64,000 nucleotides of DNA from Paramecium tetraurelia (GCA_000165425.1 CT868108.1:434001-498000); one strand, 5' to 3'. Counted from the first letter of the stretch, positions 15,553 through 36,874 are shown. Notes: a model not told the origin generated them from the letters alone. Numbers and translations are program-made.

Positions 15553-18293
15553 ATGAATAATAGATTACTATACTTTGGATTCTGCAATGCTGCGATTAGT
15601 TTAATTGCTGGAATAGTCAGTTTAATTTAGGCTAGCTGTTGTTTCAACTTTAGTATCATATTTATAGCAGAGTTTATGTTGATGATTGCATTTATTATTT
15701 TGTAATATAAAAGGTTTTTAAATGACCTGATTAGGGAAAAATTTTTAGGCGTTTCATACCTTTTATGCTAAATATTATAGATTGAATACTTAGGATCTCT
15801 TTAATCTTCTGTATAAACTATATTAATAAATAGGAATACATTTTGTTTCTGAGTCTCAGATTATTCATTATAACAACCTCATTGGAAAGAATCACCTTTC
15901 GAATTGTTCTATTTTTGGTAACTTATTTTTACCTTGGAATTAGATTATAATTTTATTTGAATATGTTTCCATACTTAGGATTGGCATTTATTCCTTTTTT
16001 ATTTATCGTTGGTTAATCTCAAGAGAATCTTTCTTCTACAGTTATAGATTTTTTTTAAACTACTTTAACGAATCCAGTACTAATACTAGATGCTTAAACA
16101 AGAGAACCCCTCTTCCATTCCAACCAAATGGAATCATAATTTAATTATACTTCTATAAATCAAGATTACTTTATTCAATATCTCTTATCATTCTAGGATT
16201 CCTAACAAAAAACTCTAAGGAGCATTTTCGATGAACAGAAATCTTAAATTGCGTAAAAGACTCGAATACAATATCACAAATTGAAAGAAATATCAAATGA
16301 AGATTATCATTATGTTGAAACTCTATAAAATAAAAAATTAGCTACTTTAATACAAGACGAAATAAATCAAGAAAAGCAAGACCTGATAAATATAGATAGT
16401 CCTAAGTAGTAAATCGAAAAGTTAAAATTTCCAGTTTCAAATCAATTTAATGATGATACTCCCTAACATGGAAAAAGCAAATTTCGATTTAAGGATAGCT
16501 AATATAAATTATTCGGAATCAATGAGTTGAAATAAAAGAGAATAAATATAGTTGTGTAACATTGCATATGGAAAAATAAAGAGGCTTTTATGATTTCCTT
16601 AAAAGACTTAGAAAACTAAAAGATATTATAAATCTTGACTGAAGAACTCGAAGAAAGTAAAAAACAGAATGAGAATAAAGATTAGATATTGGCAACAGTG
16701 TTTCATGATTTTAAAACACCCATTAACGGAATCTGTACTATAGTGGAGGCTATGGAAGAGAAATACAATCTTAATGCAGCTTCGAAATACTATTTGAGAA
16801 TAATTAGAAAAAACGTATACTTGATGTTATACATGATATACGATATTTTAGATTTTGCTAGGATTTAGAAAAATCAATTAAGATTAAGTGTTAGTGATTT
16901 TTATTTAAATGAAGTCATAGAAGAGGTTATTGAATTAGTAGCCATTTAAGCAGAACAAAAGGGAGTTGTTATATAAACACATTACGATATCCCATGTTTT
17001 CAAATATATAGTGATCCTAATCGTATTAAATAGATTCTTATGAATTTTATTTCTAATTCATTAAAATTTACTGAATAAGGATCAATAACAATATCAGTCG
17101 AATCTCTACACACTGATAAAGCCAATCATATTGTTCGGGCAGTTTCATCAAAAAATGTGCTTAATTAATAATAAAATTAATAAACAGTAGGATAATTGCG
17201 TAAATAGTTATCTGGAAAATCTGTTAAGTCTTAATCTGGACAAGGTAGGATGGTTTATACCATATCCATTCAAGATACAGGTTGTGGAATCTCGGATCTT
17301 ATCAAACCTAAATTATTCAATATGTATGCCACATTTCCAAGTAAGGATGTTCAAAATAAAAGTGGAACTGGGATTGGATTGATGGTTTGTAAGAAACTAA
17401 TCAAATTATTGGGTCCATCTGAAAAAATCGACCTTTGGAGTGAATAAAACAAAGGAACCAAGATGTCATTTCAAATTTACTCTAGATTACCAGATGATCC
17501 AAAAAGATCTCCTAATTATATTAGTGTATTCAAATAAGAGAGCAGCTCTAAAAATTTTAATATCGATAGTCCTTCACTAATTGATGAATAGGATTAGATG
17601 CAATAAAAATTTGTAAGATCATCTGTTCTACGTGTTTACACAAGGCCAGTAGATAAAAATGATACAGAAGCAGGGTTTGATTTTTATCCGGAATATGAGG
17701 ATGAAGGGTAGTAGAAATTACAAAACATAAACATTTTATAAAATTTAAGATCACCAACTCCAAGCAGAATAAAAACTAAAGAGTAAAATTTAGATGATTC
17801 TTAAGAAATCATGGATCCAAGGTCAAGATTACAAAGGATTTTACAACATAAAACATTTTCAATATTGATTGTTGATGATCAACCATTTAACGTTTTGGCT
17901 TTGAAATTGTTGCTATAGGATATCTCATCAAATATTTCATTTTTAGAAGCTTATAATGGCTAGCAAGCTGTTAATAAAGTATATTATGTATTGTATATAT
18001 ATAGTTAAAAACATTTCAGAAATGCAAGAACATAAAATATGTTTTAATGGATCTCTTCATGCCAATTTTAAATGGATGGAAAGCAGCAACGAAGATCAGA
18101 GAGATGGTAATATTAATATTTAATTTAGATTGCTAAGTAACTTATTGAGGATGTAAAGATAATAGCGATATCGGGATTTGATGATGAAAGTGAATAGGAA
18201 AGATGCGAGAATGTTGGATTTGATGCCTTTATTACTAAGCCTGTTAAATTGGAGATGATTGCAGAAGTATTTGCATAGCTAGAGTATAATTGA
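15553..18293 (+). CDS. Membrane-bound hybrid histidine kinase (TM region, HisKA, HATPase_c, receiver)
   Basis: N-terminal hydrophobic segments; H-box ATVFHDFKTPING; N-box DPNRIKQILMNFISNSLKFT; IQDTGCGI; GTGIGL; receiver LIVDDQPFN...LMDLFMPILNG...FITKPV. Confidence 0.93.
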
Positions 18294-18562
18294 ACTTGAT
18301 AATACTATTTTTATAAATTTTATTCAATACTGTTTCTTTCCAGTCTCACTTATTAGCAAATATCTCATTTGACCATCTGTTTTGTATGATTTACTCAAAA
18401 GATACTGATTTTGTATAACTACATAATTCTGATTTATAGAGCATTTGGGATACGAATTCCTTGATGGTTCCATAAAGTTTCTAAATATGAGAAGTATATA
18501 TGTACTTTATGAAAAGTGTATAATATATTATAATCTTTAGTCATTTTATATTTTATCTAAAA

Positions 18563-20565
18563 ATGATTATGCCTTCCTAATTCGCTGTTTCTGATCGTTA
18601 ACTTTTTGATTTTAAGAAACCTCAGAATAACTCAGATTCAGAAGACGAATAGCAATAGTAATAGCTTCTCTTGCAAAATGGTTACAAAGAAACCAAAAGA
18701 TAGAAAAAGTTTTTGGATATTGAAGCCATTAAATAAGAGCTAAACAATAGACCATAAATAGATTATGAAAATACTCCCAAGGTTGGTAAAAAGCCATCTC
18801 GATTGATGGCCAAAAGTCTGCCTAATTTTATATTTCCCACTTCTCCAGTATTGATAGAATAATTGCAGATGGTTAGAGCCATCAGATTGATGAAAGAGCA
18901 AGTTCCGCCTGAAGTTTTGAATAAGGTTTTCTCTGAATTAAGGTAATTTTGCTTTAGATTTTAGATATTTATATGTTCCTGCCAATACTGCTGTGTATAG
19001 GTAAGGAGACCAAAATAAAAAATATTACATCATCTTGGATGGTAAATGTGTGGTAATGAAACCCAGAGAGAAAATGGTTGGTTCCAAAAAGTTAGAGCAG
19101 GAATTAGAGGGCAAGGCGTAAATATAGTTGATGCGAAGGAATGATCCTGATCCCTATGGTTTGAAGAGTGCATTTCCAGATTACATCATTCTTAAAGTCC
19201 TAATAAATGGAGAGTAAATAGCTTTTATTAAATTAAAGTTCTTTCGGTGAAGCAGCAATCAAATTGGATATAGCAAGATCCTCTACTGTGTTTGCCATTG
19301 AAAACTCTCATCTTTTATTTTTGAGCGAACAAGCCTATATTACTCTCCTCGATCCCTACTTAAGTAAGTCTTTGGATGACAAAATATTGTATTTCACCCA
19401 AACTCCAATTTTCAAGGAAGTGGAGTTCGAATTAAATGAAATTATGGGAATCCTATTAGAGTCCCATCAAATCACTTATAAAGCATCAGAAATTCTCTAT
19501 GAAGAAAATGAAAGATCCAATCACATATACTTCATCATTAATGGCTAAGTTGAATTGTCAAAATAAATGAATTCTAAACATCTAGTTCTCTCCTCTTATG
19601 GTGAAAATCAGCATTTTGGAGATGTCGAAGTCTTCCACAAGATACCTAGATATACAAGAGCGAGAGTGATATCTCCTAGACTCATTGTATATAAAATTAG
19701 ACAATCTAAATTCTTTGACAACTTAGGCAATATACACATATATGAAAATTTCAAAGGTACAACTAAAGTGATACTCAAACATTGGACTCTTATTTACCAA
19801 ACAGCCAAATCTCAGATAATCTAAAAAGATGAAATCTATCAAGCAGCTCAAGATCAATTAACTAATCGAAGGAATGATGCTTCCAAAAAGATTGTCAATA
19901 AAAAGATTATAGAAGTCTAGGGCGATAAACTCAGTCAAGTCAAGGTCTTCTAAAATCTAGCTGACAGCAACTTTTAGGATGTCAACTCAATTGGAAATTC
20001 TCCTAATAAAACTATTTTATAAAGGGTCTATAGTAATGCTCTCCAACAATATTAAGCTAGATTACTTAAAAAACCTTAACAAACTCAATGTAACGATGAT
20101 CATTGCATCAGAAGTCAAAAAGAAAAGTAAGTATATTTTTCTTAATTAAGAACATTTTCCACCGAAAGAGCGAGTCCAGGTAGAAAAAGTAGCTAGTTGA
20201 ATCTTAAATTACCTACAATGATGTCCAATACATCATCCAATTCCAAAGTAGATTTGAATTAGGTTTTTGAGTCAATTAGTAAATTGCCAAGAATTCCAAG
20301 AGATAATCTAGTCCTCTCTTTGATGTACCAATAAGCATACAAGTCAGAGAATCCAGAAAAAAAGGCCAAATAGATTTAATAAGTTATTTAAGCTTCATTT
20401 CGGAATGTCAGAAGAGATTTTGAATCGAAGGAGAAAGTTGTTTCTAATTGGAAATATAAATCTGCTGATTCAATTATTAAGAATCTAAAATTAAGTGATG
20501 CAAGTGAAGAAAAGAGACTTAAAGAAGACTATATGAATTTTGTCTAATCTAAAAGACTATCTTGA
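18563..20565 (+). CDS. Tandem cyclic-nucleotide-binding domain protein
   Basis: VYRQGDQNKKYYIILDG...FGEAAIKLDIARSSTV and LYEENERSNHIYFIINGQV...FGDVEVFHKIPRYTRA; three tiny introns. Confidence 0.85.
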
Positions 20566-20624
20566 ATGTTATAATTTATTTAAATTATATCAAAACAAAT
20601 AATTTTATGTCAGAAAATTGCGAT

Positions 20625-22314
20625 TCATTCATCATCAAATTTGTTCCTTCTCATGAAAAAAAGACTTAGATCTCTATGTTTGTAGTTAAGTTAGACACTC
20701 AATAACATATGATATATACATTTTATGATTATTTATAGCTCTGCACTTGACTTTGTAAATTAGAAATTTAAGCCTTTAAGTTATCAACTAATTTACTGAT
20801 TCTTCCATAAATTTTGTCAGGATCAAATTTTTCATTTACATTTTCAGTTAGATATTTCCTTTACAATTAGTTAGCACTAACGATTATCTTTCTTAAATAT
20901 GATTGTAGTTTTTCATTAGAGGAAATAGATATCATTTTTTCTATATTTTATAGCATTTCTAAAGGTTCAACCAAATTCGCCCTTGGACCTTCATCCATTT
21001 TATCTGGTAATAGAGCCTTGGATTTTGTGGTCCAATTACTATAGATTTACAGAATTTTCTTAAACAAGTTCAAATACATATCTTTGTATTATTCATAGTC
21101 TTAATTAGGTAAATCTTGTTTATGAGGAGGAGAATGTAATTTAGTATCATATTGATGTTTATTTATTTATTGATTAGTTTCTAAGTCCTTTTACAAATGC
21201 ACTATTTATTTCTCAAGTTATATAGTATCCAATTCCAAGTCTGAAACTCTTTTAGTAAGGAGTAAATTGGAATTTTCAAAATAATCATATCTGTCTATAA
21301 ATTTTTCAGCCTAAAAATTTTCAAATCTTTTGGTCATAATGTTGTATTGAGGAATGAATTTCTCAATATCAACAGTGCTCCTCTTAAGTTCATCCAATTA
21401 ATGTTTCGAATTCTTTATTTCTTTTAGAAGTTGGATATTCTTGAAATTTAAACTCTCATTCGAACTTTACAACTCAAAGATTTTTCCTTTGGCCATTTCC
21501 AATTAATCGGTAAGTTCTTAGCTGAATATAGAGAATATGATACTTCTCTCTTGTAAATTTATCAATATAAATAAGCATTTATTGTGTAACTTATTCTAAT
21601 AGAGACTTTGATTCACTCAAGACTTTATCTTTGGCTAGATTATTGATCATCTAATAAAGTGAGTTCTCTGCTTTTTGTTTGATTTCCAAAATTGCTCTTC
21701 TCCTTGGGTTCATCTTGGCTATCTCTGATGTACTTTTCACCAAGTTCTCAATAGTCTTCTTAGGCTGGAAGCTTTGAGTTTTGATTTAGAGTTTTTATTT
21801 TAAGGTACTTGAAGTCTGCTTATGAGTATTTAACGCTGACTTTATTTAAAAATATATTTTACTGAAACTTATAGTTTAAAATCTTCATCAATAGGTCCTG
21901 GTTTGGTGTAAATATAATTTCCAAAAGCATCAAAAACAATCCTATGGAAGTTCTTTTTAAATTGTTCATATTCATCTTGATTGACTTAAACTTCCTTTTC
22001 AAAGTAATCTTCAGGTGGATCAATTTCTGCTTACTCTTTTGTAACCCTTAAATTACACGATAAATTTTCAGGTCTTCCTCCTACATTAGTTTTCCTCTCT
22101 TATAGTTTGATCAGACTTTTGGGTGTAAGACTTGTAGTGGCTGTGCATTTGTTGATCTATGTTTGTTAATCTTGATCATCATTAGGAATTTATATTCTAG
22201 GATTATTGAATTTTATTACTACACCTAAGGCACTCTAGGACTTGTCAATGCTGTTTAAGGTCTTGTACGAGCAGTGCTTAAAATTGAGTTTTTAGGACTT
22301 TTATGAACAGACAT
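20625..22314 (-). CDS. Hypothetical coiled-coil protein
   Basis: MSVHKSPKNSILSTARTRPQTA... to ...RRNKFDDE*; E/K/Q/L-rich; multiple tiny introns. Confidence 0.7.
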
Positions 22315-22494
22315 TTTAATATTAGTTATTAATAATAAAGATAAATTAGCATTACTAAAGAGAAGTATATCATTATCGATAAGGGAAAAAGTAGTGAAAC
22401 TGAGAGTTAAATCGCTCTTAATATGTTGTATTAAATTTATGAATTTATATACGTTTTTAAATAAATGAAGTGATAAAGTTACTTATAAATTGCA

Positions 22495-23682
22495 ATGTCT
22501 TAGCAAAAAATTTTAGCGAAATAAGATGTAAGAAAGCTCTACTTAGATGAACAAGGGAATGTTGATTTTAATAAGATATAGGCCAGATGGGATGATTTGA
22601 AGAAGTTTAAGGTGAGTTTAGCCAACAAGCATTATACTCAAGCAGTAGTCGAGAAGGTGAAAACAATGCCTGCTGAAGACTAATAAAGATTCTTAGATAT
22701 TATGATAGCTGGTCTAACTAATGATGATAGCTCAGTTGGTATATCAGCTACAAGACCAGAAGATTATGATGTTTTTCTGTTTTATCTAGAACCATTAATC
22801 AGAGAATATCATAAGATCGAAGGGGAGACGAAGCAAGAACATGATTGGAATATCCCAGTTGGTGAATATGTATTAACAAAGATTGATCCTGCATTGGAGT
22901 AGGTTTCAATGAGAGCCAGAGTGGCCAGAAATGTTGTTGGTTACAATTTACCATCATCAATGGATAAGGATGAGAGGATCAAATTTGAGAATCAAATGGA
23001 AACTGTGTTTGAAAACTTTGGAATTCCAGGAAATTATTACAGTCTAACACCAGGTCATAAGAATTTTATATCTGATCAAGAAGCTGATGAGTTAAGGAAA
23101 AAGCATTTCTTATTTATAGATATGACAAGTGATAATTATTTGATGTCAAATGGTGTAGCATCTGATTGGCCATTTGGAAGAGGAATCTGGGTAAGTTAAG
23201 ATGAGACTAAAATGGTTTGGGTAGGAGAAGAAGATTAATTGAGAATTATTTCAATAGTCTAAGGCAATGATTTAGGCAAGGTTGATTAATCTCTTCATGA
23301 ATTACTAACTGCTATTGAAAAGAGTGGTCTCAAATTTGCTGAACATCCAGTCTTTGGTATCATAACAACATGTCCAACCAATATGAGAACTGGAAAAAGG
23401 TAATCCATCTTAGGCAAGTTCCCAAATCTAAGTAAATCTGGAACAGACGAAGCCAATTTGAAAGAAAAAGCAAAATCAATTGGATTATAAGTAAGAGGAA
23501 CTAGTGGAGAACACTCATCTATGGATCAAGAAGGAACTGCTGATATATCCCCATTCGCCAGATTTGGAGTTACAGAAGCAAATGTAACCAAGGGATTATT
23601 TGAAGGATTAATAGTGCTTTATTAATTAGAAAGAACAACAATTCCAGAGAAGAGAAGAAATAATTGTTGCATAACATTTTGA
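22495..23682 (+). CDS. Arginine kinase (ATP:guanido phosphotransferase), 395 aa, C-terminal CaaX-like motif
   Basis: NDDSSVG (GS loop), SMRARVARN, DWPFGRGIW, WVGEEDQLRIIS, TCPTNMRTG, QVRGTSGEHS; ends KRRNNCCITF*. Confidence 0.93.
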
Positions 23683-23927
23683 ATATTGAAAATAAAATAT
23701 CAATATTCTAATTAATATTATTAATTTGTTGTTTATATATATATATACATATTGTAATAGAATAAATTATTAGAGTTGAGATTATTGTAAAATTATGAGT
23801 TTTGTTCTAATTTACTCTTTTAAGTAGATTAAGATAACTGAATCTTTGTAGGTTGTTATCAATATAATATGAAATATGATTATAATTCTTTTAAATAAAA
23901 TTATTATTGTTAATTTTTAACAATATT

Positions 23928-31225
<7,298 letters not shown>

Positions 31226-31390
31226 CAGTTATTATTTATAATTTATATATATTTATTTATCTGTGTAACTTCTACAAATAAATATTTGGTTCTAATTACA
31301 TTACATCCAAGTATTAAGTATCGAATGTAAATATTAACACCCAACTAATAAAATTATATTTGCCAATCCAATTTCAATATTAATATTTCC

Positions 31391-32678
31391 ATGAAGCAAG
31401 AATACTCCGAAAACAGACAGCAACTCCTCAGTCTCAAATACCAACCCACAAGCACAAACAACTATCGCAATCAATTGTTTTGGCAACCGCAAACTGATAA
31501 TCTCAATAGCACCTTAATGTTGGCCCAAAGAATATTCAGAGAGTATAAGTAAAGTATTTATTGGATCAATTGAACCCGTAGATAAGTTCCAAGTCAGAAA
31601 GGTTTCCGCAATTCATCAACAATTAAAAGAAAAAGAACCCGAACAAAAGAAGCAGAAGACAACCATCATCGACTCCAAAAGATTTCACATGTATAGTCAC
31701 CCCAAAAATACCAGGGTCAAACAACTCAACTCCACTGCCAACAATTCCTTCTATTCCAAAAAGAGCACAGAAAAATATTAATAATCATCCCCCATTAAAC
31801 CCAAGACTGCCTCCTCCATTTCAAGAGCCAAACGTATGCTTCCATAATAAATCTCCATTTCACCCATAGACAGTGTCGGCCCTTTGGTTTCTGCTTAAAG
31901 TTGGTGCATCCTTAATGGAAAGAATGGCCAATTGATGAGCGGCCAACATCAATATAAAAGCAGACAAATGGCTTCAATCACAAAAATCATGACATGTTGG
32001 CTAGCACTCAAACTCACACAGTAATATCACTTGGACCTTGATAACACATACTTCACAGTGCCAGAAAAAGTAGTTCATAGCATAAATATAGGCAGAAAGG
32101 ATTGGAGGCACAACAGCACAACTCTCAAGTGGTGATAAACTCAGCATTAGAGATCTGCTCTATGGGTTGATGTTACCATCTGGTAATGATGCAGCAATCT
32201 CCATACAACACAATTTTGAACTTTATAAAGGTTGTGACTTTATTTAACAAATGAATCAAAGTGCCCAAGACATTGGAATGGAAATGACTTCCTATTCTAA
32301 TCCACATGGTATGAATTCATGTAACAAAAAGGTTTGTATCACGAAGACAATTACTCCTCTGCTTACGATATTGGAGTCCTAACTTATAATGCCATGCAAA
32401 ACTTACAGTTCGCAAGCATTGTCAAAACCAAAATCTATTTTAGTGAAATCGAAGACAAATTTGGAGAGTCGAAGGAGATCTTTTGGGAAAACACGAATAA
32501 AATGTTATATCAAGGATTTAGAGGAGTTAAGACAGGCATAACAAAAGAGGCTGGTCCATGTGTTGTAGAGTATTTTGAAGACAACCAAAATTCCTACATT
32601 ATAGTACTCTTAAATTGTAGATCGGTGGATCAAAGATGGCAAGATACCATCAAATTATTGGATTGGATAAGATAATGA
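31391..32678 (+). CDS. Serine-type D-Ala-D-Ala carboxypeptidase (peptidase S11, PBP5/DacA-like) with a basic N-terminal extension
   Basis: SxxK MASITKIMT, SxN LMLPSGNDAA, NPHGL, KTG GVKTGITKEAGPCV; tiny introns including 31554-31581. Confidence 0.9.
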
Positions 32679-32727
32679 GAACTATTTTGCATGATTTTGG
32701 ATTAATTTTATATTGTCTATATATTAA

Positions 32728-34390
32728 TCAACTTTATTATCCTTTGAATCCTTAAGGAGCTAGGTCTGTGTCATGTATAATCTCTCTGTGACATGTCCAC
32801 ACAGATAATATTGCTTCAGGAGTGCCAATACCTGCTCCTCTTGGATCTCCACATGGTCCGAACCAATGATTTTGAGGAGCACCTGTAGTTCTTGCTCTTA
32901 TACCACTAAAATAATTGAATCTCACATTACCTATAAGTTACTCCATTAGTTGTATTGGATTAAACATGTCTTAGGAAATTCACATCATTACTAACTATGC
33001 CTGCAGTCAAATGGTTCTCAAGATTGTTGATAACATCCAACACCTAATTGATTTAATCAGAAGAATAAGTAGTGACAATTTAAAATGGTCCAAACAGCTC
33101 ATTTGTGACAGCTTTATTCTTTTAAATTTAATCTAATGGAACGTACAAGGCTGTGGGTTCAAATGCTCCATAAATTGATGGAATTGTATGATTTTTCAGT
33201 TCTTATCCACCGAACAATACTTTAGATTAAGGAATCTTCAAAATGTTGTCAATATGCTATTTAATTTATGTATTATTCCATGTTATTATGGGACCATTGC
33301 TCAAATCTTATAATTTTCTGGTACTAGCTAGTTGTTTAATTTTATCAAGAAATCCTGCCTTAACCCAATTTTCATGAACAAAGAGAATGCTTTGAGCTGA
33401 ACATTTCTACCCAGTGCTTCCATATGCATCCTAATCAGATTGCCATGCAACATAATTTTGAGTATCTACATCTGGTACATCTGGACCAAGTATTTTCCAA
33501 TCAAATCCAGCATCTTCAATTTTTATCTTTCCATTCAATACTTTTGTTAAATGTTCTGCGACCTTTGATGATCCGGTGAATTAAGTGTTTCTGAAATTTC
33601 CCTGTTTTAAAATAAATTCAGTCGCTTCACCATTTCCAAATAACATATCTACATCTGTAGCTGGTAATCCACAATGAAGTGCTAATCTCAACATTTATTC
33701 CATTACAACATTTACTCTGCTGTCTCCCTTGAAGAAAACTTTGTTTCCTGTGATTAAAGCTCCAAATATCTATAAACTTGGTATTTCTAATGGAAAATTG
33801 AATGGAGCCACAACAGCACAAGATCCATAAGGCCATCTATATCCTGATGATTATTATCCAGGACGATCCCCAGCGACATTGAATGATCTAGTCAAAAAAC
33901 GAGGTTGATCACCCACTAAAATTTTGAAAAAATCTCTCTGTCACTACTACTTCTCCTGATGCTTATGCAAAATGCTTAGGTACAACTCTTTAGATCAATT
34001 TCACTAAGAAGTCATGAACCTCTTTCTTTTTAAGTTCTGCAGCTATTTTATGACATACTTCCCCATAAATTTAATATCTTTTGTGGGTTTTTTAATGGAT
34101 TATGTAATCCACTAATTGGGCATTCTTTGGCTGAATCAATAAATTTCTGTAATTCTTATCTATCCTAGACATCAGGCACTGTGATAAATGGTTCACCATT
34201 CAATGGATCTACTATTGTTTGATATTTATGAGCATCAATCCATTTTCCACTCAAAAAGTTTTGGGCCTTATGAGGATTGCGAGCAGATCTAATATTAATT
34301 ATTTAAAAGACTCTCTTACAATTAATTTGGGTCAAGACTAAAATATGATGGGATTGTCGAAAATGATGCAATATTCCTAAATTTTTACAT
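32728..34390 (-). CDS. ALDH12: ALDH12-type delta-1-pyrroline-5-carboxylate dehydrogenase; two apparent +1 frameshifts
   Basis: SGLHNPLKNP, NFSGDQPRFLTRSF, GYRWPYG, PFNFPLEIP, FTGSSKVAE, IKIEDAGFDWKILGPD, DAYGSTGQKCSAQS, ELFGPF, NHWFGPCGDPRGAGIGTPEAI. Confidence 0.92.
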
Positions 34391-34698
34391 ATTATTTATG
34401 ATTTATTTTTGTCATTAAAATGGATATACCAGACCATTATTACATTATATAAATTTATTATAATATTATGAAATATCCTATTATCTGAGACTCCTAAATT
34501 TACATTTCAATTTTACATATCCTTAAGAGTAAAGATTTATATTTAAAATTTAATAATAGTTTTGATTATGAATTATACACTTAGAATATTGTATTTCAAC
34601 TTGTCAGCATTTATTCAAATTAATTTATCTTAACTAAATTAGCAGGAAGAAAATAGAATAAACAATATTATTTATAATATAAATTATACATAATAATT

Positions 34699-36874
34699 TC
34701 AATTCCTTGTTTGTTATAAATTTTCATATTCCATACGCTAAGGAAAATTATTATTTTTCATAGATATCATTTCTTATTATCCCTTCTTATTTTCAGTTGC
34801 CAATTAATTGCTCTAATTTAAAATTTCGGTATATCTTTGAATATTTTAATCTATTAAAAAGGAATGATTCCTATCTTCATCATCATTTAAATCGTTAGGT
34901 TATTTCTAATTATCTACTTAATATAAATTGTAGTGCTTACATACTTTAAAATAACAAAGAGGGCTACTAAACATCTAGTAAATCCTGAATACGTCCTCTT
35001 GCTCTTAAATTCGTATTAGTTGAAGTTCTCTTAATTAATTATTGCATTTAGTAAAGTGATAAATCGTTATGAATTTCTTTTATTTGTTCATGATAACTCT
35101 ATTATTAATAAACTAATATATTTTCAGACTCAACATTTTGGTCCTATTTAACATACTCTGGATTAATCTACTGAGCTAACGTTATTTATGAATTAATGGA
35201 TAGTATTTAATTTTAATCTGCTTCATTTGATTATTAATTATAATCTTCAAAGTTTAAAATTTAATTCTCTTCATCTTGTGGCTTTTAATCTAAATCAGAC
35301 TTCTCATTAGTTGCTGTGATTAAAACATCTTCACTTAAATTAATCTGAGCTAAAAGATCACTTGGTTTCAAATTTAAATCAATGGAAACTTCTTATGGCT
35401 AAGCAGGAACCGATTGATCAAAGTCTTAAACATCGTTATCTTCTTTTTCCCTATTGCTAATGTAATTGCTTTATCCAAAAGTATTCTAATATTATGTATT
35501 TTAATTCCAATTAAAGTTATTATTTTATTCATCATCTTACAATACTAGTGTTTCTGCTTTTTCTTCAATGGCTTAATTGTTATTAACATGCTCATCGATA
35601 ACCTAATTATTTTCAACATATTCAAATTATTCCATATTTCCTTCATCATAATTTACTTCTGATGAAATAATTAAATCTTAACCTTCATAGGGCCTAAATT
35701 ATGTTTATTCTTCAAGTTTCGATTCCGTATTTTAATTGTTACTCTCATTCTAAGAATTAGATTATATTTCCTATAGTTTCTGCTCGTAAATATCAATTTA
35801 TTTATTTATCTATTTAATTTCTTATTATTCACTTTATTCTTAATTATATATTAAATTTTTCTGCTCTTCTAATTATTTTAATTTATTTTCATCATCTTAT
35901 TCATTACTCTTTAACTATTTTAAATATTATTCTTCCTATTCTAATTTCTATTGCAGACTCTACTGCTTTAGAGAGTTGCTTTCAGCATCTTAAACATCCT
36001 TTAAATAATCATCTGTTTCTACATTATTTTCAATAATATAACCTACTTTTAATGAATCTTATAATTGTTCATCCTACTCTACCTTCATTTTTTATGTGTG
36101 AGACATCTCTGATTCATGATTAATATGACTTACTTAATTATCTGCGACATCTTATCCATTCAATTAACTTTTCATTATTTGATTTTCTTAAAGACTTTCC
36201 TCTGAACTTTACTTGTTAATTAGACCTTCATTTTATTTAAACTCTACTTCATTTTCCCCCTGATTTAATTTTTAAATTTCGTTTGGTTTTTATTATTAAT
36301 TTTCCTTATTAGCAACATCGTCCTCCTATTTCAATAGTGGTTATCCTTAATTTCCCTCTTATTCCGAGTTATTTAGGCTCTTATTGAGGTCTTTAGAATC
36401 ATTATTTAATTCAAAATCCTAAGGTGAGTCACTCATGTAACCTGCCTCTTCATCAAAGGTGAATTCCTCATTCTGTGCATTTTATTATGATGTAATTTCA
36501 TCCTAAGAGTTAAGTTTAAATTGGTCGTTATTAGAATCGGTTTTACCCTTATTTATTTATGAATTTGTATTTTAGTATGATTAATTTTATGATTCCTCTG
36601 ATGCTTATGTATTTAATTCTTAAGGATTTGCATAATCAATCACTTAGTAATCTTCTCCAATTAACATTTGTGATTATCCTGCATCTTACAATTGTTTTAA
36701 TTAAATTAATATGTTTTAATTATTGTTTGTTTCTATAAAATCCTCACTTTCTTATCTATTCTAAGTGTTTATATGTGATTTGATTTGTAACATTTCTCTA
36801 GATGGAATTTACTTTTACAATTATTATATACTCGACAATTACTTTTGATTACTTTATTATATATCAACTTCCAT
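34699..36874 (-). CDS. Hypothetical acidic Q/E/N/D-rich low-complexity protein (~720 aa; start uncertain)
   Basis: Long TGA-free frame MEVDIQQSNQKQLSSIQQLQKQIPSREMLQ... to ...MEYENLQQTRN*. Confidence 0.6.

Noticed and set aside
31549..31581. Apparent +1 frameshift near the 5' end of the S11 gene
   Set aside because: A canonical 28-nt GTA..TAG intron (31554-31581) restores the frame
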